Notes: generated by a model from the sequence alone, not told the origin. DNA of 58,179 nt, filler included, from Nemertoderma westbladi (GCA_032718475.1; 2 parts of 2 records of this genome joined end to end with filler, not necessarily neighbours in it); one strand, 5' to 3'. Counted from the first letter of the whole stretch, positions 38,630 through 50,112 are shown. Made by a program: numbers and translations.

Positions 38630-39140
38630 TTCTACGTGGCGCTTGCGGTGCCCACAACCACTCTGCTTACTGGCACCCTATGTGCCCGTCTCTACTACTC
38701 TACTACCTGGCACCCTATGTGCCCTCTTTACTACTCTACTACCTCTACATCTCCACCTCCACTACTACCTCTATCTATGTGGCGCTTGCGGTGCCCACAA
38801 CCACTCTGCTGCTACCTCTACGTGGCGCTTTCGGTGCCCACAACCACCCTCTGCTACTACCTCCATCTACGTGGCGCTTCCGGTGCCCACAACCACTCTA
38901 CTACTTCTTTCTACATGGCGCTTCCGGTGCCCACAACCACTCTGCTGCTACTTCCATCTACGTGGCGCTTCCGGTGCCCACAACCTCTCTACTACTACTT
39001 CTTTCTACGTGGCGCTTCCAGTGCCCACAACCACTCTGCTGCTACTTCCATCTACGTGGCGCTTCCGGTGCCCACAACCTCTCTACTACTACTTCCTACG
39101 TGGCGCTTCCGGTGCCCACAACCCCTCTGCTACTACTCGT
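38630..39140. repeat. ~45-bp tandem repeat in the BEL element 3' region
   Basis: CTACGTGGCGCTTCCGGTGCCCACAACC core, ~9 copies. Confidence 0.9.
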
Positions 39141-39401
39141 GGCATGTTAATATACCACACTCCCTATACCCCGCCGCCTTCTAACTACTAACTTCTACCT
39201 AACTTTCTAGCTAATTTTCTGACTACTACTTACTAACTCTTCTTACTAACTTCTGAATTTCTTAAAAAATTACTTTATCTAACTTTCTATTTATTTTATT
39301 ATTTAATTATTTTTATTATTTATTTTAAATTAAATAATTAATTTTTGTGGGAAGGGCGTCTCGCCCTCATTCCCACCCCCCTCAGTCCAAATATTGGACG
39401 A

Positions 39402-40580
39402 CTAAACTCTAAGCTGCCCCTCGATCTTCCATTGATTCTTCCATGAGGCACTGTCCCGCTGTCCCCCTGTGCGTCCTCTTATCTGACGACCCACTTTCCT
39501 CGCCAATTCCAACTCACCAGGAATTGGCTCTCCCTCTTCCGCAACCCTAAAGTCGGGTCTCTCCGCTGCCTTCTTAACTTCCTCGCCACTTGGCATCAAA
39601 ATGCCACCTCCCACTTTGTTGTCTCCCGGCGGCAGAATGAAAAGAAAGTGAAAGAATAGGCAAAACAGAAGGTACAATAATAGTCCTATCCCTTTCCATC
39701 CTGTCTTCCTACTCGAGCTCCCCCTTGTCGGTATGCCTCTCAACCGGACCGGCATCTCTTCCGGACACTCCTCTGGACACTCCTTCCGACACTCCTTCCG
39801 ACACTCCTCCGGGCACTCCTCCGGAGTGTTGTCCTCCGGACATCTCGCCGTCCGCTCCTCTCCATCTCCATACCGATACTTGCTGGGATATCCATTCTCC
39901 TCCGCCCACTCTCTTACTTCTACTTCCCCATCTGGCTCATCTACCACCTCCGGTTTCTTATCTTCGTCCTCTGTGTCTACGGTGCCTGGTAACATGCACC
40001 CTGATGTCTCCGTCACTCTGGATGGAATCTTGGTTTTAACTGGGCCGCTAAGCGTCCATCCGAATGGCGTGAGGATCGCCGTCGGGTCCTGCTGCCTGTC
40101 TTCGCCGAAGACCGTCTGTGTTCTCTCGTGGGCCGTCGGGCAGTCCATTCCTACTATGATGGATACCTTCCTAACGTCCACCTCTGGTATTGAGAAATCG
40201 ATACCGTCCAGGAATGTATATTGTTCGACTTCGATGTTGGTTGGTCGCCTGGCGTTGATATTTATCGATTCTATCACGTGGATGGGGTCGATGGTCGCCC
40301 CATAGTCGCATCCCGGTGCAATCGCTGATATCCTGCACCGCCCCGTCCTCATCTCCAGGACCTCATCTTTACTTGAGACGGTAGTTACCGCCATTCTATT
40401 CGGCCTCGTCTTTAGCCCTATCTCTTCGGCCACCCAGTTCTCCACCAGCGTGAAGGCTGCTCCGCTGTCGACCAGCATTAATGTCGTTACTGATCGACCG
40501 CCCTCTCCTGATATCTTCACTGGTACTACCCCGAGTAGTACTTTTCTCTTCTTTCTTGCCACTGTCGTGCTTGTAGCCAT
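39402..40580 (-). CDS. BEL/Pao aspartic protease with atypical C-terminal extension
   Basis: VLLGVVPVKI..LVDSGAAFTL, IIVGMD, PTAILTPFGWTLSGP, followed by acidic/PEEC repeats and a hydrophobic stretch in place of RT. Confidence 0.8.
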   Translation of the reverse strand: MATSTTVARKKRKVLLGVVPVKISGEGGRSVTTLMLVDSGAAFTLVENWVAEEIGLKTRPNRMAVTTVSSKDEVLEMRTGRCRISAIAPGCDYGATIDPIHVIESININARRPTNIEVEQYTFLDGIDFSIPEVDVRKVSIIVGMDCPTAHERTQTVFGEDRQQDPTAILTPFGWTLSGPVKTKIPSRVTETSGCMLPGTVDTEDEDKKPEVVDEPDGEVEVREWAEENGYPSKYRYGDGEERTARCPEDNTPEECPEECRKECRKECPEECPEEMPVRLRGIPTRGSSSRKTGWKGIGLLLYLLFCLFFHFLFILPPGDNKVGGGILMPSGEEVKKAAERPDFRVAEEGEPIPGELELARKVGRQIRGRTGGQRDSASWKNQWKIEGQLRV

Positions 40581-41848
40581 TGTTTGGCCTCCAGTCTCGT
40601 TATCTCCTGTGCTGTTTCTCTACACTCTCCGGATCTGTGTCCTTCTACCACACATCGATGACATAGTCCGTTTGCGTCTGTGTAGGCTATACGATCTTGT
40701 TTGGGCAACGCTTGCCAGTGCTTACAACTCATGGTCTTATGGGTTCCGTCCCGATGTAATTGACATTCGAATCCTGGATTATAGCGTTCCCTATATAGTC
40801 CTTCACGTATCGCGCGTAGGTTTATATCTACCGATTTAGTGTTTTGGTTGTCTGTACTCGGCCTACTGGGTATGTTGGGATTATGTTTATTTATGGTGTT
40901 ATTTTCTTTCTGTCCCTGCCACGGTGTGGCCCTACTCCCAGCTAACTGTGGGCTTGTAGCCCCCTGTGTGGCCGCATGTGGTAGCGACTGTCTTACTCTC
41001 GAGAATGGATCTGTCGGATTATGTTCGGGTCTAGGCCTGTTGTATTCGGTCTTTGGCGCCTTCCCCAAACTATCCTCACTATAGACTGGGTCTGTAATCA
41101 ACTCGGCTTCGTAGTTGAGGAAGTTTGACATTTCCTCCAGCCCCGGTTCCGCACCTTTCTTCTCTCGAGTGGAGAAGGCGATCTTCCTCCACTTGCTCCG
41201 CAGCCAGATCGGCAGTGCCTGCGCTATCGTGGTGATGTTATTAGATGCGTTGAGTTCGTATGGCGCGTCTAGCGTCTTTAACACGATTAACGCCTTCTCG
41301 ACCTTGTTCGCAAAGGTCTTTATGCTAACGGGGTTGTCCTGTAGGCCACCCGATGTTATACCTCTCAGGGTTTGCCGGATGATCTTGGCTGGGTGTCCGT
41401 ATTCCCTGTCTAGCGCCCGCCATGCAGTCGTGAAGCCGCCCTCGATGCCCTGGTACTGCCTCACGATGTCGTATGCTGGGCCTCCTGTATACACTTGTAG
41501 ATATTTTAGGCACTCCGCCTGCGTCAAGTTCTTACTTAATATCTCGTTGCTGTACATGCGCCGAAATTGCAGGTATTCTTCCGGCCTACTTCCGTCGAAT
41601 TTAAATGGCTCGACTGGTGGTAACTCGATCCTGGTCTTTAATGCATCGATTAGCGTCGCCATTCCCATCGCCTGTGCTTCCAATGGGTTCGAGGGATGCT
41701 GTACAGATTCTCCTATTGGGTGCGATCCGTTCGTCCTATCTGCTGTTGATCTTGTTTGTTGCGTCGGATATATCATTGGGGGTAACGGCCCCCTCCATAT
41801 TTCCGTGTCGCACGACCTGTTCTCGTCCAGGGGGTTCGATGTTCTCAT
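40526..41848 (-). CDS. BEL/Pao Gag core with Zn knuckles
   Basis: LPPVEPFKFDG..YLQF, KYLQVYTGGPA, ALDREYGHP, CQLH..H..C and CHRC..GH..C. Upstream Gag frames (41889-43696) are broken at poly-G runs. Confidence 0.85.
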   Translation of the reverse strand: MRTSNPLDENRSCDTEIWRGPLPPMIYPTQQTRSTADRTNGSHPIGESVQHPSNPLEAQAMGMATLIDALKTRIELPPVEPFKFDGSRPEEYLQFRRMYSNEILSKNLTQAECLKYLQVYTGGPAYDIVRQYQGIEGGFTTAWRALDREYGHPAKIIRQTLRGITSGGLQDNPVSIKTFANKVEKALIVLKTLDAPYELNASNNITTIAQALPIWLRSKWRKIAFSTREKKGAEPGLEEMSNFLNYEAELITDPVYSEDSLGKAPKTEYNRPRPEHNPTDPFSRVRQSLPHAATQGATSPQLAGSRATPWQGQKENNTINKHNPNIPSRPSTDNQNTKSVDINLRAIREGLYRERYNPGFECQLHRDGTHKTMSCKHWQALPKQDRIAYTDANGLCHRCVVEGHRSGECRETAQEITRLEAKQWLQARQWQERREKYYSG

Positions 41849-43701
41849 TGCTGTTCGAGTATATTGTTGATATTGTAATGGGGGAATGTCACCCTGTCCC
41901 CCCCCCCCCCCCCCCCCCCACCGGTATGTTTGGTACTGGGGTTGATGTTAATATATTGGGGCCCATACATCTATCTGCAATAACTCTCCCCTCCCCTGGA
42001 TATATGTTATGTCCCTGTGTATTATAGTCATGCTGCTGTGCCGGTACCGATATAGGCCTATCTACTTCTCGCCTACCTACCGGTATGTACTCCGCGACTT
42101 CCGGGTTTAATCCCGTCGTCCGCGCTACCCTATCGCCTACTCTATCTCTCCCAGCATGGCCTATAATAGTATGTGCAGTAAGGCCTACAGTATGTCCTGC
42201 AGTCTGCATGTGCCCTTCCGAACCGAAGTTTAATTCTCCGAATCTCGAATCTCCCCGTACTACCGTACTCTCGATCGGCAGCTATATCCCGTCGGGAAGT
42301 TTCTCTTCGATCCCCTCTCCTGTTCTCGTCTTCGTATCGGTACTTCCTGTACCACTCTCCTGGCGTGCGGTGCGTTTCTCCGGGGCGACGGCAATCTCCC
42401 GAAGTTCGACCCCACTGACTCCCTAACTCCATCTCTACTATCGACGGCTCGCTATCCGTCCTCGCTCTCCGGTTGCTCCTAGCAACGACTCTTCTATTAT
42501 CTTCACTTCTTCTCTCTTCGACCTTCCGGTTAAACTCTACTAATCTTCTTCTATCGTCGACCTCTCGGTTAAACTCTACTAACATCTGACTACTCTGTCC
42601 GGTTGGACCTTCCTGGGGATACTCGCCATCCCCCTACTATACTCCGTCGTCGGGTGCCGCGGTTCACCTAACTTGCCCCGCGCATTATCCGCCGACGCCT
42701 GTGGGACATTCTCTGCCCCCCCCCCCCCCCCCCTTCTCGCTACTAATCTCTAGTGGTGGGGCGCCCGTAGCCCCCCCCCCCCACCCGCTACTTCTAACTT
42801 CACTATCTCTTACTACACTTCTGCGTCCCTCTTGTCAGACATTTTCTACCCCCCCTCTCTCGCCACTAATCTTCCGTGGTGGGGCGCCCGTAGCCCCCCC
42901 CCCCCCCCCCCCACCCGCTACTTCTAACTTCACTATCTCTTACTACACTTCTATGCCCCCCTTGTGGGGCATTCTCTGCCCCCCCCCTCTCTCGCTACTA
43001 ATCTTCCGTGGCGGGGCGCCCGTAGCCCCCCCCCCCCCCACTCGCCACATCTAACTTCACTATCTATCACTTCACTTCTACACCCCTCTCTAGTCGACAC
43101 ACTAACCCTACTGCGGCTGGGTCTATTCACCCCCGCCTCTCTCTCTACTACTACGTGGCCTACCAGGCCCACCTCGGGTTGACTCAACCCCGCTACTTCC
43201 TGCCTACTAACTACGTGGCCTACCAGGCCCTCATTGGGGTCTCTCGCCCCCGCTACTCTCTGCGCACTAACTGCGTTGCCTTGCAGGCTACCGTTGGCCG
43301 GACTACCTGTGTCTCCTACATTAGTATTAATAGCCCCATTGTTAATATTATTATTTTCTAAATTATTCAAATTATTTGAATTATTCTGTATATTTAAATT
43401 TAAATTATTCGGATTATTTTGAATAGTTGAATTAATATTATTATTTGGATTTAAATTTAAATTACTACTACCAGGTAAAATATTATTTGCTGCAATGAAA
43501 GTTTGATTAGAATTATCCACTATGGTACTATTAATATTAATGTTATCTACTGTATTATTATTACCCCCCCCCCCCGCCTGTACGGTCACACCAGTCTTGG
43601 GTCTGTCGTGCGGTCCCTGTAAGTGGAGTATTAATAAATGTTTCCCTAACTCCTGTCTCCTCGTAAATACTCGAGCCAGTCTCGCTCTCTGATAGCCCCA
43701 T

Positions 43702-46700
43702 TATAAGACTGACTAGTCTCATAAAATAAAAACAAAGGTTTTCTGTTAACTAGTGAATGAATTTATTACATTAAGAATAGTGGTATATGATACAATACAA
43801 GGCCAAAGGTTAAATGTGTGTTAGCTCCGTGTACTGTATGAATACTCATAGTTACATGATAATTAATTATTGATTGCGGTAATTAGATATTGACATATCA
43901 ATTCTACTGTACACTGTCATATAGTTAGTCTTACATAACTCCCTTTCTTAAAAAGCGGAGCACTAATATAAATTTGGAAGTAATACAATATATTTGTTTC
44001 TAGATTACACATGATATCGTCACAAAATAGGAAAATATTATTCAGATATTCACTAATTATGTTAAATAAGATTTAAATACGATTAAGTTAAATTCAATTC
44101 CATATTAACAATACATATATAATACGCACTGCATTAAAGAAAAAAATGTAATTTAAAAATATGAAATTATAATTTGAATGTAACACGCTTATTTAATTTT
44201 ACTTGAGTTTCATTTTTAGCCTCACTTTCTATAACTGGTTTCACCCGGTCTAGAGAAATTACCTCGGGTGTATTGTGTCGTTGAATGGTGACGGTTTTGT
44301 CACCCAATTGTATTACTGGGTATGGTCCGAGATAGCAAGGTTTCAGTGATCCACGTTTAATGGGGTCTCTCAACCAAATCTGCTTCGCATATTTCAGTGA
44401 AGTCGGAACATAGGATTTAGATTTATGAACTCTTACCGGTGGAATGAAAGAATCAACTTTATTATAGAGCTTAGAAACGAAGTCTGGCAAATCGGTTAAT
44501 TTCTCAGGTTCGAAGAATTGTCCGGGTAGATATAACTCAGTTCCGTAGAGAAGCTGTGATGGGGAGTAACCATGGCAACCAGCTGCGGATCTAATTCCAA
44601 GAAGTACTAATGGCAATTCGTTGAACCATTTTTCGTTATTACATTTCGCTCGAAGTGAGTTTTTAAGTTGCCTGTGAAACCTTTCTACAAGACCATTGCA
44701 AGCAGGATGGTATGCAGTTGTCCTCGCACGTTCAATTCCTAGTTGATTTGTTAAAATTCTGAATAACCTCGACTCAAATTGAGATCCTTGATCTGTAATT
44801 ATTTTACGTGGGATACCGAAACGACTAATCCACGAATCCAGAAATGCATTAGCTATACTCTCAGCGGAAATAGATCGTAGGGGCACAACTTCTGGCCAGC
44901 GAGTAAACCGATCGACCGCAGTGAATAGATATCTGTGTCCACATGAAGATGGCAATGGGCCGACTATATCCAGGTGAACTGTATCTAGACGCGACAAAGT
45001 TGGAATAGTTCCAATGGGCGGTTTAGTATGAAGAGAGATTTTTGACTTCTGACATTCAAGACATTCCCGTGCCCATTCTTTTATTTGACGATTCATTGCG
45101 GGCCAAATATATCGCGCGCATATTAGTTTCCGTGTTTCTTCAGGACCGGCATGAGATAGATTGTGAAAAGTGTGAAAAATTTTCTTTCTGAGTTTAGTTG
45201 GTAAGTATGGTCTAAGATTTTCACCAGAGTTGTCATAGTAAACAGTTTTGCCGTTTTGTTTCAGCTGTTTTAAGGGCAATGTTGTTTTAGCAAAGAATTG
45301 CTGCAACGAATTATCTTCATACTGATAGTCAGATAATTCCTCAAAATTATCTAACGAAATGGCCGCTAGAGGGCGTGATAGGGCATCAGCAACTATATTT
45401 TCTGAACCAGCTATGTATTTAATTGTGCTGTCAAACTCGGAAATGTAGGAAAGCCAACGAGCCTGCTGCGGACTTGGATTTTTCATATTGAGACAGTTCA
45501 AAAGTGGTTTGTGGTCCGTCAATATAGTGATATTCTGTCCAAGCAACCATTCATGATGCTTTAAAGCAGAGAATATCGCTAAAAGTTCTCGATCGAATGT
45601 TGATTTTTGACATTCATTTGGCGTTAGTTTTTTAGAGTAAAATGCTAAAGGTTCGGAATGGCCATTTACGGTTTGATTAATCACTGCGCCGATGGCGTAA
45701 TTCGATGCATCGGTGGTAACCACAATAGGTGCGTCTTTCTGAGGAAATGCCAAGGTGACTGCGTTGGATAGAGCTTGTTTCAATGAATTAAATGCGAATC
45801 TTTCATCTGGAGTAAATTCAATATCAGCACTCTTTAATGTATTTCTTGTTAGATCAGTTAAGGGAGCAGCTATTGTAGAAAATTTTGGTACAAAGCGGTG
45901 ATAGAAACCACAAGTACCGAGAAAGCGTCGGAGCGAAGCAACTGTTTTCGGTTCTGAAAAATTTCTAACTGCTTCCAATTTAGTATCAATGGGGCGAACT
46001 CCATGTTTCGAAATTTCGTAACCTAAAAATTTGACTTCATTTTTGAAGAATGAGCACTTCGAGATTTTTGCCTTTAATCCGTAGCGTTTCAAACGTTCGA
46101 GAACTGCTTCAACATCTCTGTAATGTTGTTCAGGATTTTGACTCGCAATTAAGATGTCATCTATATATCCCACAGCAAATTTAACGTCATATAATACCAT
46201 ATCTATGAGCCTTTGAAATGACTGACTTGCGTTTCTTAATCCGAAAGGCATTCTACGATATGAAAACATACCAAACGGTGTAGTGATAGAAGTTTTGTTT
46301 ACATCTTCATCTGCTACAGGAATTTGATGAAATGCTTTAGCTAAATCAATTTTTGTGAAAATTGTACAACCTCGAAAATTATCTGTTATATCGGCCATGT
46401 TGGGCATTGGGTAGTTGTCAGGCACAGTCTGCTTATTTAAATTTCTATAATCACCACAGGGCCTTATAGAACCGTCTGCTTTTAATACTGTATGCAGCGC
46501 AGAACTCCAAGGTGATTCACTCCGCTCAATAATTCTGTTGCGAAGTAAGATGTCAAATTCATTACGTACAGATTCTAATCGACTTCCAAACAATCGCCTG
46601 GGTTTTGAGTAACAAGGCGGGCCTGTAGTTATAATATGATGCTTAACTGGATGCTTAATGGGATCTGCTGCAGAAATTTCGCTGAAAACTGACTTATATT

Positions 46701-48829
46701 CACACAATAAATTTTTAACTTGGGGATTTTGTACATTGTATAAGTTCATGTCTGTCGTGGCTTTTATAAAATTAACTTTATACGTCCCTGTGCTACCGAC
46801 TGCACTTTTGTCACTTGTAATACCAATAACACTTACAAAACATAATAATATACCAAAGATAAGAAAAAGTTGCGATAGGAAAGATCGATTAGATATGAAA
46901 ATAAATGGACAACTAGCAACAAAAAGCAAAATAAGCAAAATATGTTTCAACAAAAATATAGAAGATTTATTAGATTTGCGAACAGACGCACTACTAAAAG
47001 TTTCAGAATAATTACTAGAATCGTGATTTATACCATTGATATTTGTATTTCTAGTTTCCATAAAGATACGTCCGTTCTTACAATCAATATTTACTTTATA
47101 ATGCCGCAAAAAATCCAAACCCAAAATAGGTTGACTCACATCAGCTACTATGAATTTCCACGAAAATTTCCTAGCAGATAAACTCGGAATGGAAAAATTT
47201 AAATTTCCACAACCGTAGGTTTTGATATTAGACGAATTGGCGGCTGTTAAAGTAGTAAGTAAATTATCAGAAGTAGATTCTAACAAATGTGAGTAACATT
47301 TAGGTACAATCGAAAAGTCACTGCCAGAATCTACTAAAAATTGATCAACAGGATCTGCCTTTACATTTATGGAGTAAATTTCATTATTATTATTAGCACT
47401 ATTACTATTATTTGCATTAAATCCTATATTATTATCTGAGTTACCTGGATTATTCGGTCCCTTTCGCATTTGGTAATTGCATGGTGGTTGACATTTGGCA
47501 GCGTCTTGTCCAAACTGAAAGTGGTAATAGCACCATGATCCTTTAGGATCGTAGCTGCGACTATGTGACTGCGATCGATAGGGACCACGCGACTGGGATC
47601 GATTACGAGAATAACCTCCCCTAGATGGCGTTCGGCGATAACGGGAACGACCGCTCCGAGATGATGAAAGATCTTTTAGCTGAGCGTTGATCTCAGCAAC
47701 TTGATCGCTGAGCAACTTTTGAGACTCAATCAGAAGTTTCTGTGACTGTTGTAGAATATTAAGTTCGGAGACCTGTGCAACTGGACATGGATTGGTAGAT
47801 TGTGATTGCTGTTGCTCGATCATTTTGTCGGCAATTTCTGCAAGCTTCTCTAAAGACAGATCACCGAGAGTACTTAGAACAATGCTGATAGTTGGCGGTA
47901 GGATCTCCAGGAAACGGAGACGTATGATTTGATCATTACCAGTACCTGGAGCTAGGCGCTGCATCTGCCTAATGATGGCAGAGGGTTTGCGGTCCCCGAG
48001 CTCCTGGGCCTCAAGTAGTTTTCGCAATCGTCGCTCATCACTATCGGCTAAATGTGATATGATGTTCTCTTTGATAGTATTGAATGAGTCTTCCACATTA
48101 ACACCTGCATCGAGAATAATTTCCGTTGGAAGAGCCGCTAGTAAATTGGATTTCTTTGAGTGGTTGGTCTGTCCGTGAAGCACAGCTTCAATCTGTTGAA
48201 ACCATGTTCGAGCGTCTTTGTTGTAAAATTCGGGTAATCGAGTTTTTAGAATAATGGCTGTTGGATCACCTCTCCCTGAAGACTCGTCATGACCGGCATC
48301 CACAATCTTTTGGAGAATCATGCGCACGGCCGAAGGATTTTCTTTTTCCAATTCGAGAATTATTTCGGCCTTCACTTTTGGGGGTTCGTAGTTAGGAACG
48401 TGAGAATTGAGTTGAACCAGAGTTTCTATTAATTCAGCCTTCCGAAATTTCTGAAGTTGTTCGGGTTTCGACATTATTACGTTGGTTTTGTACAGTAGAT
48501 TTTATAGCAGTTTTTAATAGTGATTGTAATAAAAAAAATGGTAAATGTTTTTTTAAATATAATTTAGGCTGTTTGTTTTAAGTCCGGGTCACCAATATAA
48601 GACTGACTAGTCTCATAAAATAAAAACAAAGGTTTTCTGTTAACTAGTGAATGAATTTATTACATTAAGAATAGTGGTATATGATACAATACAAGGCCAA
48701 AGGTTAAATGTGTGTTAGCTCCGTGTACTGTATGAATACTCATAGTTACATGATAATTAATTATTGATTGCGGTAATTAGATATTGACATATCAATTCTA
48801 CTGTACACTGTCATATAGTTAGTCTTACA
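43702..48829 (-). mobile_element. Intact Ty3/Gypsy (CsRn1-clade-like) LTR retrotransposon, element 2
   Basis: Apparently identical 234-bp LTRs (43702-43935, 48596-48829), TSD CCCAT, PBS TGGTGACCCGG (tRNA-Trp type), PPT AAGAAAGGGAG. Confidence 0.97.
44167..48474 (-). CDS. Single-ORF Gag-PR-RT-RNaseH-IN polyprotein (1435 aa)
   Basis: CHCC knuckle, FLVDSG, YIDD, TTDASNYAIG, HHCC (H..H..CLEC), DDE core (HLDIVGP, TDQG, VER). Confidence 0.97.
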   Translation of the reverse strand: MSKPEQLQKFRKAELIETLVQLNSHVPNYEPPKVKAEIILELEKENPSAVRMILQKIVDAGHDESSGRGDPTAIILKTRLPEFYNKDARTWFQQIEAVLHGQTNHSKKSNLLAALPTEIILDAGVNVEDSFNTIKENIISHLADSDERRLRKLLEAQELGDRKPSAIIRQMQRLAPGTGNDQIIRLRFLEILPPTISIVLSTLGDLSLEKLAEIADKMIEQQQSQSTNPCPVAQVSELNILQQSQKLLIESQKLLSDQVAEINAQLKDLSSSRSGRSRYRRTPSRGGYSRNRSQSRGPYRSQSHSRSYDPKGSWCYYHFQFGQDAAKCQPPCNYQMRKGPNNPGNSDNNIGFNANNSNSANNNNEIYSINVKADPVDQFLVDSGSDFSIVPKCYSHLLESTSDNLLTTLTAANSSNIKTYGCGNLNFSIPSLSARKFSWKFIVADVSQPILGLDFLRHYKVNIDCKNGRIFMETRNTNINGINHDSSNYSETFSSASVRKSNKSSIFLLKHILLILLFVASCPFIFISNRSFLSQLFLIFGILLCFVSVIGITSDKSAVGSTGTYKVNFIKATTDMNLYNVQNPQVKNLLCEYKSVFSEISAADPIKHPVKHHIITTGPPCYSKPRRLFGSRLESVRNEFDILLRNRIIERSESPWSSALHTVLKADGSIRPCGDYRNLNKQTVPDNYPMPNMADITDNFRGCTIFTKIDLAKAFHQIPVADEDVNKTSITTPFGMFSYRRMPFGLRNASQSFQRLIDMVLYDVKFAVGYIDDILIASQNPEQHYRDVEAVLERLKRYGLKAKISKCSFFKNEVKFLGYEISKHGVRPIDTKLEAVRNFSEPKTVASLRRFLGTCGFYHRFVPKFSTIAAPLTDLTRNTLKSADIEFTPDERFAFNSLKQALSNAVTLAFPQKDAPIVVTTDASNYAIGAVINQTVNGHSEPLAFYSKKLTPNECQKSTFDRELLAIFSALKHHEWLLGQNITILTDHKPLLNCLNMKNPSPQQARWLSYISEFDSTIKYIAGSENIVADALSRPLAAISLDNFEELSDYQYEDNSLQQFFAKTTLPLKQLKQNGKTVYYDNSGENLRPYLPTKLRKKIFHTFHNLSHAGPEETRKLICARYIWPAMNRQIKEWARECLECQKSKISLHTKPPIGTIPTLSRLDTVHLDIVGPLPSSCGHRYLFTAVDRFTRWPEVVPLRSISAESIANAFLDSWISRFGIPRKIITDQGSQFESRLFRILTNQLGIERARTTAYHPACNGLVERFHRQLKNSLRAKCNNEKWFNELPLVLLGIRSAAGCHGYSPSQLLYGTELYLPGQFFEPEKLTDLPDFVSKLYNKVDSFIPPVRVHKSKSYVPTSLKYAKQIWLRDPIKRGSLKPCYLGPYPVIQLGDKTVTIQRHNTPEVISLDRVKPVIESEAKNETQVKLNKRVTFKL

Positions 48830-48834
48830 CCCAT

Positions 48835-50112
48835 CTGCGCCAGTTCCAGTCGGCGCTTCTGTTTGGCTTGATATTGAATAAGCCCCCTTAGGCGGGCATG
48901 CAAATCATCCCGCACACGCTTCCCCGTTGCCTTTCTTTCTAGATCCTCCCGCGCACTCTGATCGGCTAATTCCACCTCTCTCGCAACTCTCTCCAGTCGT
49001 CTCGCCTCGCGCTCTTTTCGCTCGCTCTGCTCTCTCGCCTCACGCTCTTCACGTCTATTCTGCTCTCTCGCCTCACGCTCTTCACGTCTACTCTGCTCTC
49101 TCGCCTCGCGCTCTTCTTGCTCCTTCCTTTCTATCCTCCCTATTTCCTCGCACTCCTTAAAGCTTCTCGCGGCCTTCTCGGCCCTCTCTCTGTTCTCTCT
49201 AACCAGTTCCATTTCCTCCTCTAATAGCGCACTCCCCTCCTCTAACTGTCTCTCTATTTCTCTCTGGTCTAGCGCCACCAGATCGAGTTGGCACGCCAGA
49301 TTTATTGCCGTCACCCGTCTTTCCTTTGCGGAGGATGTAGCAGACTTATCGGTTGTGACGGACTCTCTCTGCCCTCCCGTCCTACTGGCTTTCCCCCGCC
49401 TCCCGGAACTTCCTCTGACCGACGAGACCGAATCCTCGGGGTTAACCTCGGATTCGCCCTCCTCAGGTCTCCTCCAACCCACTAATTTTACTCCCCGGGC
49501 ATCGACTAAGTATGGCCCTACGTACACTACGCTAGGTTCCATACCCCTACATTCCCATAGTTCGAACAGTTCGCTGGCAACCCCTCTCGCTCTCTCATCG
49601 GCTAGTTCTCCCTGCCCAAAACGCATTAGGTAATCAAAATGTCTGTTCGACTCACCTAGTCGTTTCTTCAACTTCACCTCGTCTATCTTCGCCCCTCCTT
49701 TGTCCTCTCTCAGCTGCTTCCGGGTTGCGGCGTAGGCCCGTCGAAGCCGGTCGCTGACCCCGACGTCCTCGTCGCTGACATCTCCTCTATCTCTCCGGGT
49801 CCGGCGTCGTACCGGCGGCCCCACCGTCGCCGTTCCGGTGGGCCGTCCGTCGCCCTCGGCCTGTGGCTGGCCGGCGACATCGGCACGTCGACCGCTGTCG
49901 TGTGTCGACTCGTCTCTCCCTTCTCTCAACTCGTCTCTCCCTTCTCTCGACTCGTCTTCTGGTTGTAGACGGCCCCCATCATCTTTGGTTGCCGGATCGC
50001 CCGTTATCGATGGGTCCGGCGTCTTGGGTCTGTACCGTCGCGTCGCGGCCTCGCGGATCGTTAGGTCGCCGTCCGGGGTCCGCGGCGGTGTCGTTTCTCC
50101 TTCCCGACTCAT
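48835..50112 (-). CDS. N-terminal charged/coiled-coil part of BEL/Pao Gag, interrupted by the Gypsy insertion
   Basis: ORF starts ~90 nt after the 5' LTR and continues in frame (MGLSESETG..) at 43701 once the Gypsy is removed. Confidence 0.7.

Noticed and set aside
38636-39191. Three overlapping plus-strand ORFs, possibly an env or antisense gene
   Set aside because: They arise from a strand-biased tandem repeat and show no signal peptide, furin site or domain motifs.
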